Source: Phoronis australis | Taxonomy: Eukaryota > Animalia > Phoronida | NCBI GenBank assembly: GCA_002633005.1 | Contig: NMRA01000044.1 | Coordinates: forward strand, 12,182 to 76,181 | DNA length: 64,000 nt | Direction of reading: 5' to 3' | Shown: one piece after another, positions 39,032-51,230 of the stretch | Layout: each line of letters begins with the position of its first letter | Numbering within the stretch: position 1 is the first letter of the stretch | Position numbers and translations under genes: made by a program | Notes under the pieces: model-generated | Databases searched by the model: none | Told to the model about the DNA's origin: nothing | Seen by the model: only the letters and a program-made list of their open reading frames with translations

Positions 39032-40371
39032 ATTCGGAAGTCAACCTTTTTTCATGTCATTCTTAGCAAAAATAAGGTTCGTTGATTATCCCAGACATAT
39101 TTTTCACTTATTTACTGCTTTTCGTAATTTAATTAATTACTCGTCGTCTACTCCGGAAGTGACGTTTTGGGAGGCAAGTATTTCGCGCCAATTTCTTTTC
39201 ACATACATTGTAGTCTGACTATGAGAGCAGTCGATTCAGTCATTGTTCTACCTCGATTGTGATAACTTTGGTCGTCGTTTGTTTTTGCTTACGAGTCAGT
39301 CAACATACCACGCTGTTGCTGCGTACTGGAGTGTACTCATTATCGTCTCACGTACACAGGAAGAACTATCCCACTTGTCCGAGTGTCCCGCGACTCACTC
39401 CCACTGGACAGTGATCTGAGCACCCAAACTGCTTACATCCCGCCGTGTGACCCCCTCGCCAAATACCTGGCACCTTCTAAATAGCTCCAATACAAGTCCA
39501 CAATAAACTTATCAAACTTAGGCTCACCGATCTGTTCATTGGATGACGAACTGTCCTCTTCACTGGGTGTCGAACCGGGCCTGTATTCACTCCCACTACT
39601 CAACATCGCTGCAGTGCTGTTTACAGGCTCTGGGCTAGAGACAACAGCACAGGGCGAATCACTGCTAGTTCCCGGAATTGCACGCAATGGGGCACGTTCG
39701 GAGGCACGGGTGACAGTAGATGAAGTGCCTCCAGTAACTGTATATAGTGGCCACAGCTCGCGAAGCTTCTCGCTTCAAAAATGCACTTCTCGGGGTTGGC
39801 GACGGGGCACGGCCGGGAATCAACAGCGACGGTATGGTACCCTTCTTCAGGCGTTGTTTCGCAGGGACCTTCATCAGCGTATATATCTCTGTCGTAATCT
39901 GACGGCAGAAAATGCTTGGTACACACACGGTAACCCTCCACTGCTATGTACGTTGCGTGGACTGGTAGCGCTGCGTTCTTCACATGAACGAGCTAGCCAA
40001 GTAGGGCGAAGTGTGTCATCCTTCGTAAAGCGACGCAAGGTACCCAGGCAAAGCGCGTGTGAGACGATAATGAGTACATCCCGGCACGCAGCAACAGTGT
40101 GGCATATTGACTGACTTGTAAACAAAACCAAACGACGATCGAACTTATCACAATTGAGGTAGAACAATGACTGACTCGACAGCTCTCATAGTCAGACAAT
40201 AGTAAAAAGAAATTGGCGCGAAACTCTTGCCTCCCAAAACGTCGCTTCCGGAGTAGAGGACGAGAAATTAATCAAATTACGAAAAGTTGTAATTAAGTGA
40301 AAAATGTGTCTGGGATAATCAACGAACCTTATTTTTGCTTAAAGTGACAAGAAAAAAGGTTGCCTTCGCGT
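39032..40371 (-). mobile_element. Non-autonomous DNA transposon with ~320-bp TIRs enclosing a decayed THAP domain (Kolobok-like)
   Basis: 39032-39351 and 40058-40371 are inverted copies, and the right end abuts TTAA. Interior minus strand reads YRVCTKHFLPSDY...QRLKKGTIPSLL (THAP C-terminal motifs, frameshifted). Confidence 0.8.
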
Positions 40372-41092
40372 TTAATGTGAAATATGCACAATTTGGGGCT
40401 GCCATTGTAATTTATATAAGCATTACAGTACGGCGTTACGTCTTTTCTTTGTCACTTAATCAAAAAATTAGATAAGTTTGTTTCCTACGAAAGCCCATAC
40501 AAAACGTTAGTTTATGCCTCAGTGACGATGCGATAACTTCCACGCCTGGCGAAAGGGTAATTCAGTGCCAAACGTTTCACTCAAAACTCGTCATACAAAT
40601 GCCCACCAATTAAAAAAGAGAAACTTGTATCCAGAAAGTTTACCCATTTCACAAACCGCAAAGTTAGCCGATTGTTCACATTGTGATGGATCAAAAGAAA
40701 CTCGAGTGATAGTGTTGCCATTTCAAAACAGTTTCAAACTAAAAAAATGAAGACTGATCCTCACCACTTCGCCGCATAGGCCTACGTTCAATTGTTGTCT
40801 ACGTAGTCACCACAGGGCCTCGTTTGCTGTAATCTTTCTGTCTCAGAGTACATCTATGGTGTAGATATCTTGGATAGTCGTTGCAGAGAGAGGGCACTCT
40901 GTTATATGTTAATCACCGACAGTTCCGGAAACTCCGTACTTGCTCGAACGGCGCATGCTTATGCTAAGAGCTACATCGAAGTTTATTGGCAACTTGTCTT
41001 AATGTTTCACCTGCCTCGAATTAACCAACGGCATGTTTAAAACTGACACTAATTTCTCATGTACCATGTAATTTGATGCTGAGGCTCATACT

Positions 41093-41337
41093 CAATGTCA
41101 CGCTGGTTCCCTACGTGCCGAGTCAGGTATCACGCAGTGGCACGCGCTTTAGCAATGGTAGATGTAACCTCGGAAGTCATTGGTCAGCTTTACAACAATG
41201 TGAAAAATAGCGGACTGCGAACGGTTTTTAGCCTTGTCATGCAAGTGGCGTCGAAGCAACTATTTCGTTGCTAAACTCCCGCGTGCTCGAAGCACGTACA
41301 TGTACAATAAACACATATCTGGCCGATTTAACCGGTT
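41093..41337 (+). repeat. Dispersed repeat, copy 2 (see 15580-15830)
   Basis: Direct sequence similarity to 15580-15830. Confidence 0.8.
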
Positions 41338-42197
41338 TGTTGTTCATAACGGGGCAAAGTCTGCCATTAATTAATACGCTGAACATCGAAATATTGTAAC
41401 TTGAGGTCTAATATTCACTATTCATCACTGGAGGCAACTTTCAAAACATAGATTGAAAACTACGCAAAATATCAAGCTCAGGGCATGTATTTAATCCTTT
41501 TCCCATTTTACCTATGTCGTTACTCAAAATTGATGAAAATGTAGACTCAAGCCCAACACCTTAATCTTGCCGTACTTCATTAAATACATGTAGACCGGGA
41601 TCCCAGAGCTGTTTTGGGCATGAAAAAGTAACTTATTTTTTTTGGTGCCACAGTGCTCAATGGGTATTCTCGTGCTTGGAATTGGCCGCGTGGCAGGTAC
41701 ACTTTGGTTCGTGAGGTAAGGGGAGCCAAGAGAATGACACTGAAAATTGAGCTAGAACTTTTCTGGTAACCACGCACTTCAAGCTGCCTTCGATACCTAC
41801 TACGTAATCCACTCTATCAAAATTGGTCACTGCCAGACAATTTCATTCTTGGGGAGTATCAGACAGACGGTTATCAACAAGGTAAACAATTGAGGTAGAT
41901 CAATCCACGAGGTAACCGTATGAAACCAGTTGCTAAATACTTTACCTAGGCCAATGTATCATAAATAAACCCTACGAGACAAGTCTAGCGGTGGATTAGC
42001 CCCTCCACACACAATCAAATATCTCAGTTGGGCCAGATTTACCCGGTAGGTAATAGTTTGAAACTATTTGCATAATGTCGAGGAACATTCTGCATTCAAC
42101 TAAAGGTACTTTACAGACATTTTCAGCTGTTGGGCAGTAGCATCCAGACAATGCATGGGCGACTTTTTTATTGGGTCTCGTGGGGTATCACTTCATG

Positions 42198-42987
42198 CAT
42201 AGGCGGATTTAGGGGGGGCCCAGAGGGCATGCCCCCCCCCCTCTTGGCTGCCGCAAAAAAAATAAAACAGTAAGAGCGTAGGGAAATGTTGAGTTTATTA
42301 ATTAACCCCGGTAATTAAAATTATACGGATGAAAAAAGATTTAAATGTGTGCAGTTTTAGTGTTTTGGGGGAGGGGGGGGNNNNNNNNNNNNNNNNNNNN
42401 NNNNNNNNNNNNNNNNNNNNNNNNNNNNNNNNNNNNNNNNNNNNNNNNNNNNNNNNNNNNNNNNNNNNNNNNNNNNNNNNNNNNNNNNNNNNNNNNNNNN
42501 NNNNNNNNNNNNNNNNNNNNNNNNNNNNNNNNNNNNNNNNNNNNNNNNNNNNNNNNNNNNNNNNNNNNNNNNNNNNNNNNNNNNNNNNNNNNNNNNNNNN
42601 NNNNNNNNNNNNNNNNNNNNNNNNNNNNNNNNNNNNNNNNNNNNNNNNNNNNNNNNNNNNNNNNNNNNNNNNNNNNNNNNNNNNNNNNNNNNNNNNNNNN
42701 NNNNNNNNNNNNNNNNNNNNNNNNNNNNNNNNNNNNNNNNNNNNNNNNNNNNNNNNNNNNNNNNNNNNNNNNNNNNNNNNNNNNNNNNNNNNNNNNNNNN
42801 NNNNNNNNNNNNNNNNNNNNNNNNNNNNNNNNNNNNNNNNNNNNNNNNNNNNNNNNNNNCAAACCCCCCTCCCGACCTCCCCCCATTCGGTGCTATGCGC
42901 ATCTACAATCGTGGTTCAGTTTGCGCAAATGTTTACAGCCGGACAAAATGTTGGGCCCCCCCTTGTGATATCCTAGATCCGCCACTG
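42198..42987. mobile_element. hAT-like MITE with 5-bp TSD (TCATG), spanning a gap
   Basis: Ends cataggcggatttagg...cctagatccgccactg. TCATG occurs at 42193-42197 and 42988-42992. Confidence 0.75.
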
Positions 42988-42989
42988 TC

Positions 42990-43652
42990 ATGTACGCTCT
43001 CTCGGTAGGTTTTGCGTATGTATTATCCAGAGAGAAAAAAAAACAGTAAAGCAGTCAAGCAGTTCAGCAGTCCGAGTAAAGCAGTTAACAGTTAAACAGT
43101 TGAGAGAATAGACCGCTGGCGAATTGTATGAAGATAACGCGTGTAAACGCGAGAGCAGATCGAATTCTGGAAACAGGGGACAAAAGAGTAGGGAGAATTG
43201 ATAGTTCATCTCGTTTCCCACTGTATGCGGGTGTCGATAGCTGAAGCTACATACAGCACAATAGCAATTATGACAGGTTGAGTAGGCACAGTGAAAAGAG
43301 AATCAGCGGTTACAGCGACAGTCAATAGAGAGCCAGCTATAGAGACAGCAGGTTACTGATTCAGCGAGTGTAACAGTTGCTGGAAGTGTCACAGAAGTTC
43401 ATCAGAAGTCAAGGCTTCGCAGCACTGGCTGGAGCGTAGAACAGCCATTACGTCGGACGTTTTGTTTAAGTAGGCATGTGAACTTACGGTCGAGATTAAT
43501 AAAGGATTAACTCGAACCAATCTTCAGTCTATCATCGCACCGAAAGATATTAGCACCGGTCTGTAACTACCTGTGCCCACCCACTGCACACACGGGGAAA
43601 ACGAGACATAACTTAGTTATTGTTGAAGTCAGTAGCACCAGTAGCTACAACA
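42990..43652 (+). mobile_element. Possible solo LTR (its 5' end may lie before the MITE, ~42128)
   Basis: Purine-skewed cagtt/cagca-rich tract, AATAAA at ~43498 and a ...caaca end matching tgttg at ~42128. No TSD found. Confidence 0.3.
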
Positions 43653-43989
43653 ATGTTGTTATTGTTGTCCATTTATATTCTATCATTAACCCCCCCCCTT
43701 CGCTGCGGGCCTGTAATATTATTAATAAAAGTAAAAAGTTAAAACATAAACTAGAATCTTTGTTTAATTCAACTGCAAATCAGTCACTATTTCCAAAAAA
43801 CTAATATGTAGTGGTTGGATACACCCTCCCCCAAATGGGGATGACGGGGGTCTGTCGCCACGGTGACAGAGCAGCTTATACAAAATCTATGAATAAATAA
43901 TTTGAACGTGTCTTACATGTATATTCACTATGAAAACAAAAATCGAACAGTTCCGTTGCCCGCATATCTGTGTCGTGCAAATGAAATGA

Positions 43990-44450
43990 TTGGCAATCTA
44001 ACTGAACTGAAAAAATACCCCCACTCGTTATTCCCATGAATTGCAAATAACAAGTTCGCAACATGAACGAAATGTTTTATCTACGTTACAGCTTTGATAG
44101 TTTCCACGCAATCAAACACGACCATACGAAGGTGCCGCAGGGATGTTTTCAGCCTTTTTGGAGAACACCATATCAAACATAAAAATATGGACTGTTCCAA
44201 AGAGAGGTCAACAACTGAAGTTTTTCCTCCTGCGTTGCAATGACAATTTTTAGTGAAACAATGTTCACCATCTGGCGTAGTTTGGGTGGTTCAGGGCAAA
44301 GAATGAATCTAGCATTGTCGGGAAAATGCTGATATAGCCACTGACGTCACTGGTCTTGACACATCTCTGGAGTTCTGTGTGGGCTCGGATTATAACGATC
44401 TTTCCGTTCCTTTCAAGAATTGAAGTCATTACCATTTGGATTAAGGATCA
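43990..44450 (-). mobile_element. Academ-type transposase fragment
   Basis: Minus strand LQRCVKTSDVSGYISIFPTMLDSFFALNHPNYARW and VVDLSLEQSI (NYARW and DxxLEQ motifs). Confidence 0.65.
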
Positions 44451-45238
44451 ATTAGTCGTGAAACCAAACCCACAGCGGTCATAAGTCTGTTTTTGCCATT
44501 GAAGGCGTGCTAATAGCCGCTTTACTGTAGACGGCTCATACAAGTTATGCAGACTCCGTGAAGAGATCCAGAGTCCACTGACGACAGAACCACCACAAGA
44601 ATAAATATATTACAAAAGAAGGAAAATCTAGAGTTTAATTTTACTTACGTTTTAATACAACTTGTCCATGGCAGAATAGAATACCCAGGGTTCAGTAAAC
44701 ATAACAGACGTGTTCACAAATTACCAAATAAGTGGCGCAAACACGACTTGGTTTACCTGTACTTCAGTGCTCAAGGTAATGAACAGAGAGCAGTCAATGT
44801 GAACAGTGACCTAGAATTTCACAATACAGTGTTTGCTTCTAGGGAAAAAACCCTCAACAAAAGAAATCGATAACGTCATACGAAGTTATTGTTTACGTTG
44901 CTTACGATGGCTGAGCTGCAGGTAAACACTAAAAGTTTTTATAACCATTCGTCCTACAATGCATCAAGATTGACCATGTAAATAAGATTAGTCGTTAGTC
45001 GTGTGACACAATGCATTAATTTTTTTCCACTTACGTTTTGTCTATGTTGACGAATTCTGAAGATCAGCACGTATAGCATATGTAGACTCCTAGCTTGACA
45101 ATTATTGACTAAAAACGTTACATTAGATCACTTATTTTGTTTATTTCAAGAAATTGAATCCATAAAGGTCAATTTCGATAGAGTAAAGCTTTGTAACATG
45201 CAACATGTGACTACCGGTCTACAATACAAACATCTAAT

Positions 45239-46704
45239 AGCGGATTTGCAGCGACGCCATATTGAAATTAGGTTAATATGGTGCATTGTGGGTGCTGTGG
45301 TCAGGATTCCGAAAGCGGCCATAGTATCTAGCATAATACGCGGTATGAGCGCGAAGAAAACTTACGGCGGATACACTTGTTGTGTTCCTGGCTGCTTCAA
45401 AAACAACAAGAGAGATAAAAATCTGAGTTTTTATGTGTTGCCTGCAAACCAAGAACTTCGTGAAAAATGGATAAACAACATTAGGAGAGCTGGGAGTAAG
45501 GGGAGATTTAGCGCATTCAAACCAACGCGGGGCCATCTAGTAGGCAACACGTAGCCCCTCGGTTGGCCATATAGGGGCTACAATACTTCCATTCGCTTTC
45601 TGTATTCATTTCGTTACTTCAGTGTATTTTAAACTGGCCGTGACCGGATTTGGGATACCGATTTCGAGTTTTCACCTCGTCAAAAATACAATCTACAATT
45701 AAAACTTTAAAAAACACTTACTTTCATCATTGGTCCTTTCTACTTCTACACATATCTTTGATGAAGCTTAGTTGTGAGAATTAAGTTGACTTTGGTGAAG
45801 AATTACAACTTCACTTTTTTGGTTGCCGTTAATTTTATCACCGCGTGCGCGATAACCACAAAGCATGTCAACTGAATCACGTGAGTTAGGCAAAGGTTAG
45901 CGTGAGACTGAGCGAAGTGCGTGACGCTAGCGCGCGACACTTGTAAAATAGCATGAGAAGGTATCGGGTGAAACTTGTAAGATGTGTGTCCCTTGGACTT
46001 TTTATTCGTCAACATGCGTAATTTCACGTAACTTCCTCAAAATGGCACCCGGTAACTGAGAGAAACTCGAGCAAACCGCGACAGATTTTCATCGATTTGT
46101 TCAAGTTTTGGTGACTAAATTGTATCCAAAGTCGTGGTATGTGTTAATTATAACTCCGTGTTCCTATATGTATGGTTCATTTGATTTTATTTGCTGTATT
46201 TTGAAATGAGTAACTTTTTGTGAGGATGTACTATCGCCCCTGAATGCCTGCGGCATCTAGTGCGATGTAGTAATTGCCTAGGGGCCATCGTGTGTGCAGC
46301 GAACATTTTCCTGGTGGAACAACATTCGGACGGAGTTTGCTCTTAAAATTAACGTCTCTAGCATATCCCTGGCGAAAGCTACAAAAGTTAAGCAACCCAA
46401 GAACTCTCAACTTGTCTGAAACCGGAGATTTCGAAATCAACGCCGATGAACATGACGACAGTCGTGCCCTTGGTCACACGGTCACTGATCATAGCTACGC
46501 TGTGTTTACAAACGAGAGAAAGGACTTGCTTGGTATTATAAAGCAAAAAAATGAAACATGGTTTTTAGTTTGCAAATCACTCCAAATGCACACAGTATCC
46601 AGCCTGGTCAAGACATGCCTGACCACAAGCTATCCCATGAGCCTTCGCGAAGGAAGTAACCCGCGCATGCGCAATGCGTAATTCGTCTGCGCTGTAAATC
46701 CGCT
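45239..46704 (+). mobile_element. ISL2EU-type non-autonomous element with THAP ORF, AT TSD
   Basis: TIRs agcggatttgcagcg and cgctgtaaatccgct, flanked by AT. THAP reads MSAKKTYGGYTCCVPGC...FYVLP...KWINNIRR...PTRGH|RVCSEHFPGG, split by an insertion. Confidence 0.8.
45538..46280. mobile_element. Non-autonomous element with TAG..CTA ends and 9-bp TSD inserted in the THAP ORF
   Basis: ggggccatc occurs at 45529-45537 and 46281-46289. Removing the insert and one copy restores PTRGHRVCSEHF in frame. Confidence 0.8.
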
Positions 46705-47372
46705 ATACCCAGATAATACAAACTGCCCGAATCAAAATTCTCAAAGAACTCAGATTTTAACGTTTTTCAACATTACTTAAACATATGGAAATTGTTCGCA
46801 AAATGATATTTGCTAAATTCCTTTACAATTGAGTGAAACTGAAAGCTGCTAACGTAAATCTGAATAGAAGTTACACACATAAAATGTGTATTTCTGATTC
46901 CACATTTCTGGTATTACCGCAAGTGACATATTCTCACCTCTCTTGTTAACACCAGAAATCTTACTTTCTCTAAAATTAAAAAATGCGCCGAACATCTTAT
47001 TGCATCTATAGTAAGCCTTCTCTCAATTCACGGTGCCAACATAGGTCGAACAACAAACATGTAGAAAGTACGGACAGTAAAAGCATGAATTAATCTGTTT
47101 CCGTAATTAGTTTTTATGTCCTTAAACCATTTAAAGAATCTTAATGTACGTGTAAAGAAGCGAAGCAAATACAATTTTTATAAACAATTATACTTTCAGT
47201 TTTAAGATCATGTAGAATTTCCGCTTTAGTTGAGGGGTTTTATGATCTACTCTTATTTACAATGTATTAGAGACAAATAAAACAACACGAGAATAATATA
47301 TATATTTAGTTGTGTTCGGAATTTCAGGGTCACAGCTCTACAAATAATTATGTCACAGAAGAAACCAGATGG

Positions 47373-47443
47373 ATGTGTGTGTTAACTTTTGTTATTAAGG
47401 AACCCATCTGGTTCCTTATTAACAAAAGTGTTAACACACACAT
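47373..47443. repeat. Near-perfect ~70-bp hairpin
   Basis: atgtgtgtgttaacttttgttattaaggaacc versus ggttccttattaacaaaagtgttaacacacacat. Confidence 0.85.
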
Positions 47444-47879
47444 TTAAGATACCCAGAGCTTAATTCAATATCGTATACTGAGTGGCACAGGTTAGTATAG
47501 TACCAAATGAGTACATAAAACGAAATGGGTATTGGCCGATTGCCTATATGTACCAAGTGGGTCGAGCAAAACGGCAAATTCAATAATAAGTACCAAATGG
47601 TACACACTACCAAATGGGTAAATATCATACAAAGTACCAAGTGGGTACACCAAACAGCCAACTGGGCTATAACAACCTGCAAAGCAGGTTCCGGACAAGC
47701 CGAGTAAAAAGACCAGCCGGAGTGATAAAAAAGATATTGTAAGGAACGTGGTGTTGTGGCTCAGTTTATGCCACATGGACAGAGTTTTTCATGGATGAAC
47801 AATCCTGTCCTTCTCCACGACTTGCTTGGGGGGCCGTGACCCTGGTAGAGAATGGACGGATAGGAGTGGCAATTTAGGT

Positions 47880-49980
47880 ATGAGAAGTTCAGTTAAACAA
47901 ATATCATCTGGTGCCCCAAATTTCACGAAAAACATGTACAAGGGGTAAAATAAGCACGCAAAATGTTTTCCAAAACCACAGTTTGAACAAACTCCCGAAG
48001 GATTTGATGCGAGGATAAAGGCAATAAAGATTAATTAGGTCTTCAGAATCCTCTTTCACAAAAGAGCGCATATTGCCGAGTCCTAAACTACAATTTTATG
48101 TAAAAAGATTTACAACTTATGACTTCATGCGATAGTCTGAATTGAGTTTCATATCAAAAGTAAAACAGGATCATGAATAATAGAGTTTTCACCACCACTT
48201 TTACAGTACGATGGAAAATATTTAATAGAGTAAATGTTAATTAAGTGAGTATAATTTTTATTTTAACACTCACTAAATATGATCTTAAAAAATTAGCAAA
48301 ACATGACGAAGTAACAAACACAGAATATACTTCAAAGGGACAAAAATATTTTCCTATAGATTGAAATATTCCATAAACTTCTGAACCTGGTGGGGGATAG
48401 CCAAATCTCACACAAAAGTTTCGATAACAAGGTTAATGGACTCATAAACACGGCCCACGCCCTTACAAAAATGAACTTAAGTTTTCATCGAAAAACTTAA
48501 GTTTTTGGTCTGAAAAACTTAAGTTTTCATTCACGAAAACTTAAGTTTTTGGCGAAAACTTTAGTATTTTGGAACAAGTTTTTTGGAACGAACTTAAGTT
48601 TTCATAACTTAAGTTTTTGAAAAACTTAAGTTTTTGAAAACTTAAGTTTTTGAAAAACTTAAGTTCTGAAAACTTAAGTTTTTCAAAAACTTAAGTTCTG
48701 AAAACTTAAGTTTTTCAAAAACTTAAGTTCTGTAAACTTAAGTTTTTCAAAAACTTAAGTTTTTAGAAAACTTAAGTTTTAAAAACTTAAGTTCGTTCCA
48801 AAAAACTTGTTCCAAAATACTTAAGTTTTTGAAAAACTTAAGTTTTGGAACAAGTTTTTAGTAACAAACATAAGTCATCAAAACTTAAGTTTTTGAAAAC
48901 TAAGTTTTCCGAACATAAGTTTTCAAGGAACTAGCACGACTCACGGACCTGCAAACACCGTCCACTGACTCACAAACACGGGAACGGCTCACAAAACACG
49001 ATCCATTCACCCAAATACACGGGACACGGACTCATATTCATGAGGAAACAGGGTTAACGGACCGCCAAAGACGGGTCACGGTCTCATCGGCTTTCCTGGG
49101 TCAGCTGACATCTACATTGTGTCCATAAACCGTGTAGGTGCCCTCAAGTATCAAAATCGTACCATCGACATAAAGCACGGTTTTGCACATACGCATTTCT
49201 GTACTGTCATCTATTTGATGCGTTTGATTTCATTTCTTGGAGACTGAAACTGTCAAACACAGGATAAACAAAAACAAAGATATTGGGCCACCATGACGAC
49301 AGTATCCTGATGCGAACCCACGTTGTAATACACATAGCATGTATCCGTTATTTAAAAGGCTAACACAATCGACAAAGTCTTTATCAAGATCGTCAAAGGC
49401 CAACAGTAATGGAATATTGGTTTTTCCGTAAATTCCATGACATCACATACTAGTGGCGAATGTTTAACAAAAAGGAAAACCTGTTTTTGAAAAATCGTTT
49501 TTGGTTTTCATGAATAGATGCATAATTGCTACTTTTAGGCGCAGAGCAATACAACTGGATAGAATTTTCTAACTGAAATTGACCGCAGTTATTGACCTCC
49601 CACTTTCAAATACTCTTCTCGTTTTCCTTGCTTAGGGATAATACTTATAGTTCCTTGTTGTAACTGTAGCGGTTATCTCATGATAGCTAAAATGAAGTGC
49701 TCGAAAGAGAAAAACAGAAATTTCACTCCAAAAGAACTTATAGAATTCGGTTGTAAATCCGTCTGTGCCAGGAGTTTCACAATTTTTCACAGAGTTTAGA
49801 GCTTCGTTGACTAACTGTCTCATTAAATTGTTCTTGTTCTGATAGCTTAACCTTAGGAATTTCTTCGCAATCTGTAATACTAGTTATTGAGTTTAACATC
49901 AACTGGAACCACGGCTTTGTTTTCGTAGAGCGACTTATAAAAATCTCTGAATGTCATAAGCAATTATTTTACTTCGGTCT
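47880..49980 (-). mobile_element. Second decayed copy of the Tx1/L1-clade LINE (same family as 19440-21250)
   Basis: ETPGTDGFTTEFYKFFW. The DNA block aataacggataca..gtgtattacaacgtgggttc is shared with ~19520-19560, and the 3' region is shared with ~20590-21090. The middle is replaced by 48430-49130. Confidence 0.85.
48460..48928. repeat. Array of palindromic AAAACTTAAGTTTT units with higher-order inverted symmetry
   Basis: About 20 (A)nCTTAAG(T)n units at 15-17 bp spacing. ttttggaacaagttttttggaacgaacttaag (~48567-48598) is mirrored by cttaagttcgttccaaaaaacttgttccaaaa (~48786-48817). Confidence 0.9.
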
Positions 49981-50059
49981 TGAGTACTAACATCATGAGT
50001 GTATGAAAAGAAATTACTGGTGGAACCATAAGCTGGCGCTGCAGAAATGTATTCAACGA

Positions 50060-50930
50060 TAGAGAACGTTTTCATTTTTAACAGCTTGGTTGAAAAATGC
50101 TTATCAAAATAAAAATCAAAACCATTTTAATGTGTTCACATAGATTTCAGCAAAGCATTTGATTCGATACATAGAACAAACTTGCTCTATGTGCTGGTAT
50201 CAAAAGGTTTGGTTGGACCACTGTTGAGAATTCTTCAGAGTATGTATTCAATTGTAAATGCTAAAACAAAGACTGAATAGGGAATAAAATGTCAACCTTT
50301 TGAGTGCAAGACTAGAGTCAGACGAGACTGTATGTTGAGCCCATTAATATTCTTTTTGCACATGTATATTAATGAACTTCTATTCAAATGAAAACTGGAA
50401 AGTGGTGTAGAACACGCTATTGAAAATTTGTTTTATTACTACAAGTGTATGTCAAAGATGTTACTGTAGTTGCCGACTCTAATGCTGAGTCACAGAGACG
50501 ACTGTACTGTACTAACATCAAGAAATCACATATAATTGTGTTCAAGAAACGATGGCAATTGAAAAAAGCAGAATATGGTATTAGAGGGGACTTGTTTACC
50601 GCACATATTTAGGGATTGTAATTTCTATTAGATTAAGTTTAACAACGTGCTGCAGGACAATTGCACAAAAGGCAAGCTAACCAAATAATTTGAAGAAACA
50701 TTTTCTGTGTCAAATGGTCCTTACGTGTATTAGAATAATTGCATTGTTAGCTTTTAAGTAGTATGAAACAATGATAGCACCCGTTTTATTCTGTGGAGCA
50801 GAAATATCGGTTACTGGCCATAGAAAAAATTGAAAATGTTCAAATAAAATTCTGTAAATGGCTTTTGTCGAATGATATTAAGACAATCAACGCCATGACA
50901 AAAAAGAGTTTGATGGCCGTCATGATTTTC
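50060..50930 (+). mobile_element. Decayed LINE RT fragment (RTE-X/CR1-like)
   Basis: IDFSKAFDSIHR...ILQSMYS, VRRDCMLSPLIF..YINE, YLGIVI, APVLFCGAEI and IENVQIKFCKWLL. Confidence 0.85.
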
Positions 50931-51230
50931 ACTTGTTGTATATGTGTATGCCGATAAAATATATTTGAGAATGCAACAGCATCGATTTGGACATTATTTT
51001 CCCACGCATCAATATGAAATAAGGCTAGGACTACATGCTGCGGATTTTTTCCACAGGATGTTTTTCAACTGCTGGAGTTCCAAAATTTGGACTGCGAAAA
51101 AAGGAGATAGTTTGTTGCATGTAGTGTTATCTTTTTTGACAACTGATGAAAAAAATCATTTGTAAGTTCAAGGTATTTTTCCAACGTATATTTTCTCCTA
51201 CATTTGTATTTCAAGTGGAATACTTAGCTA

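Noticed and set aside
39539-40114. 191-aa plus-strand ORF
   Set aside because: Antisense shadow of the GC-richer THAP remnant, with no recognisable motifs.
42329-42976. Long ORFs in the ORF track (also 52845-53404)
   Set aside because: Artefacts of N runs translated as X.
48460-48928. Palindromic repeat array as CRISPR or iteron array
   Set aside because: Units are ~15 bp with no spacers and lie inside a LINE remnant.
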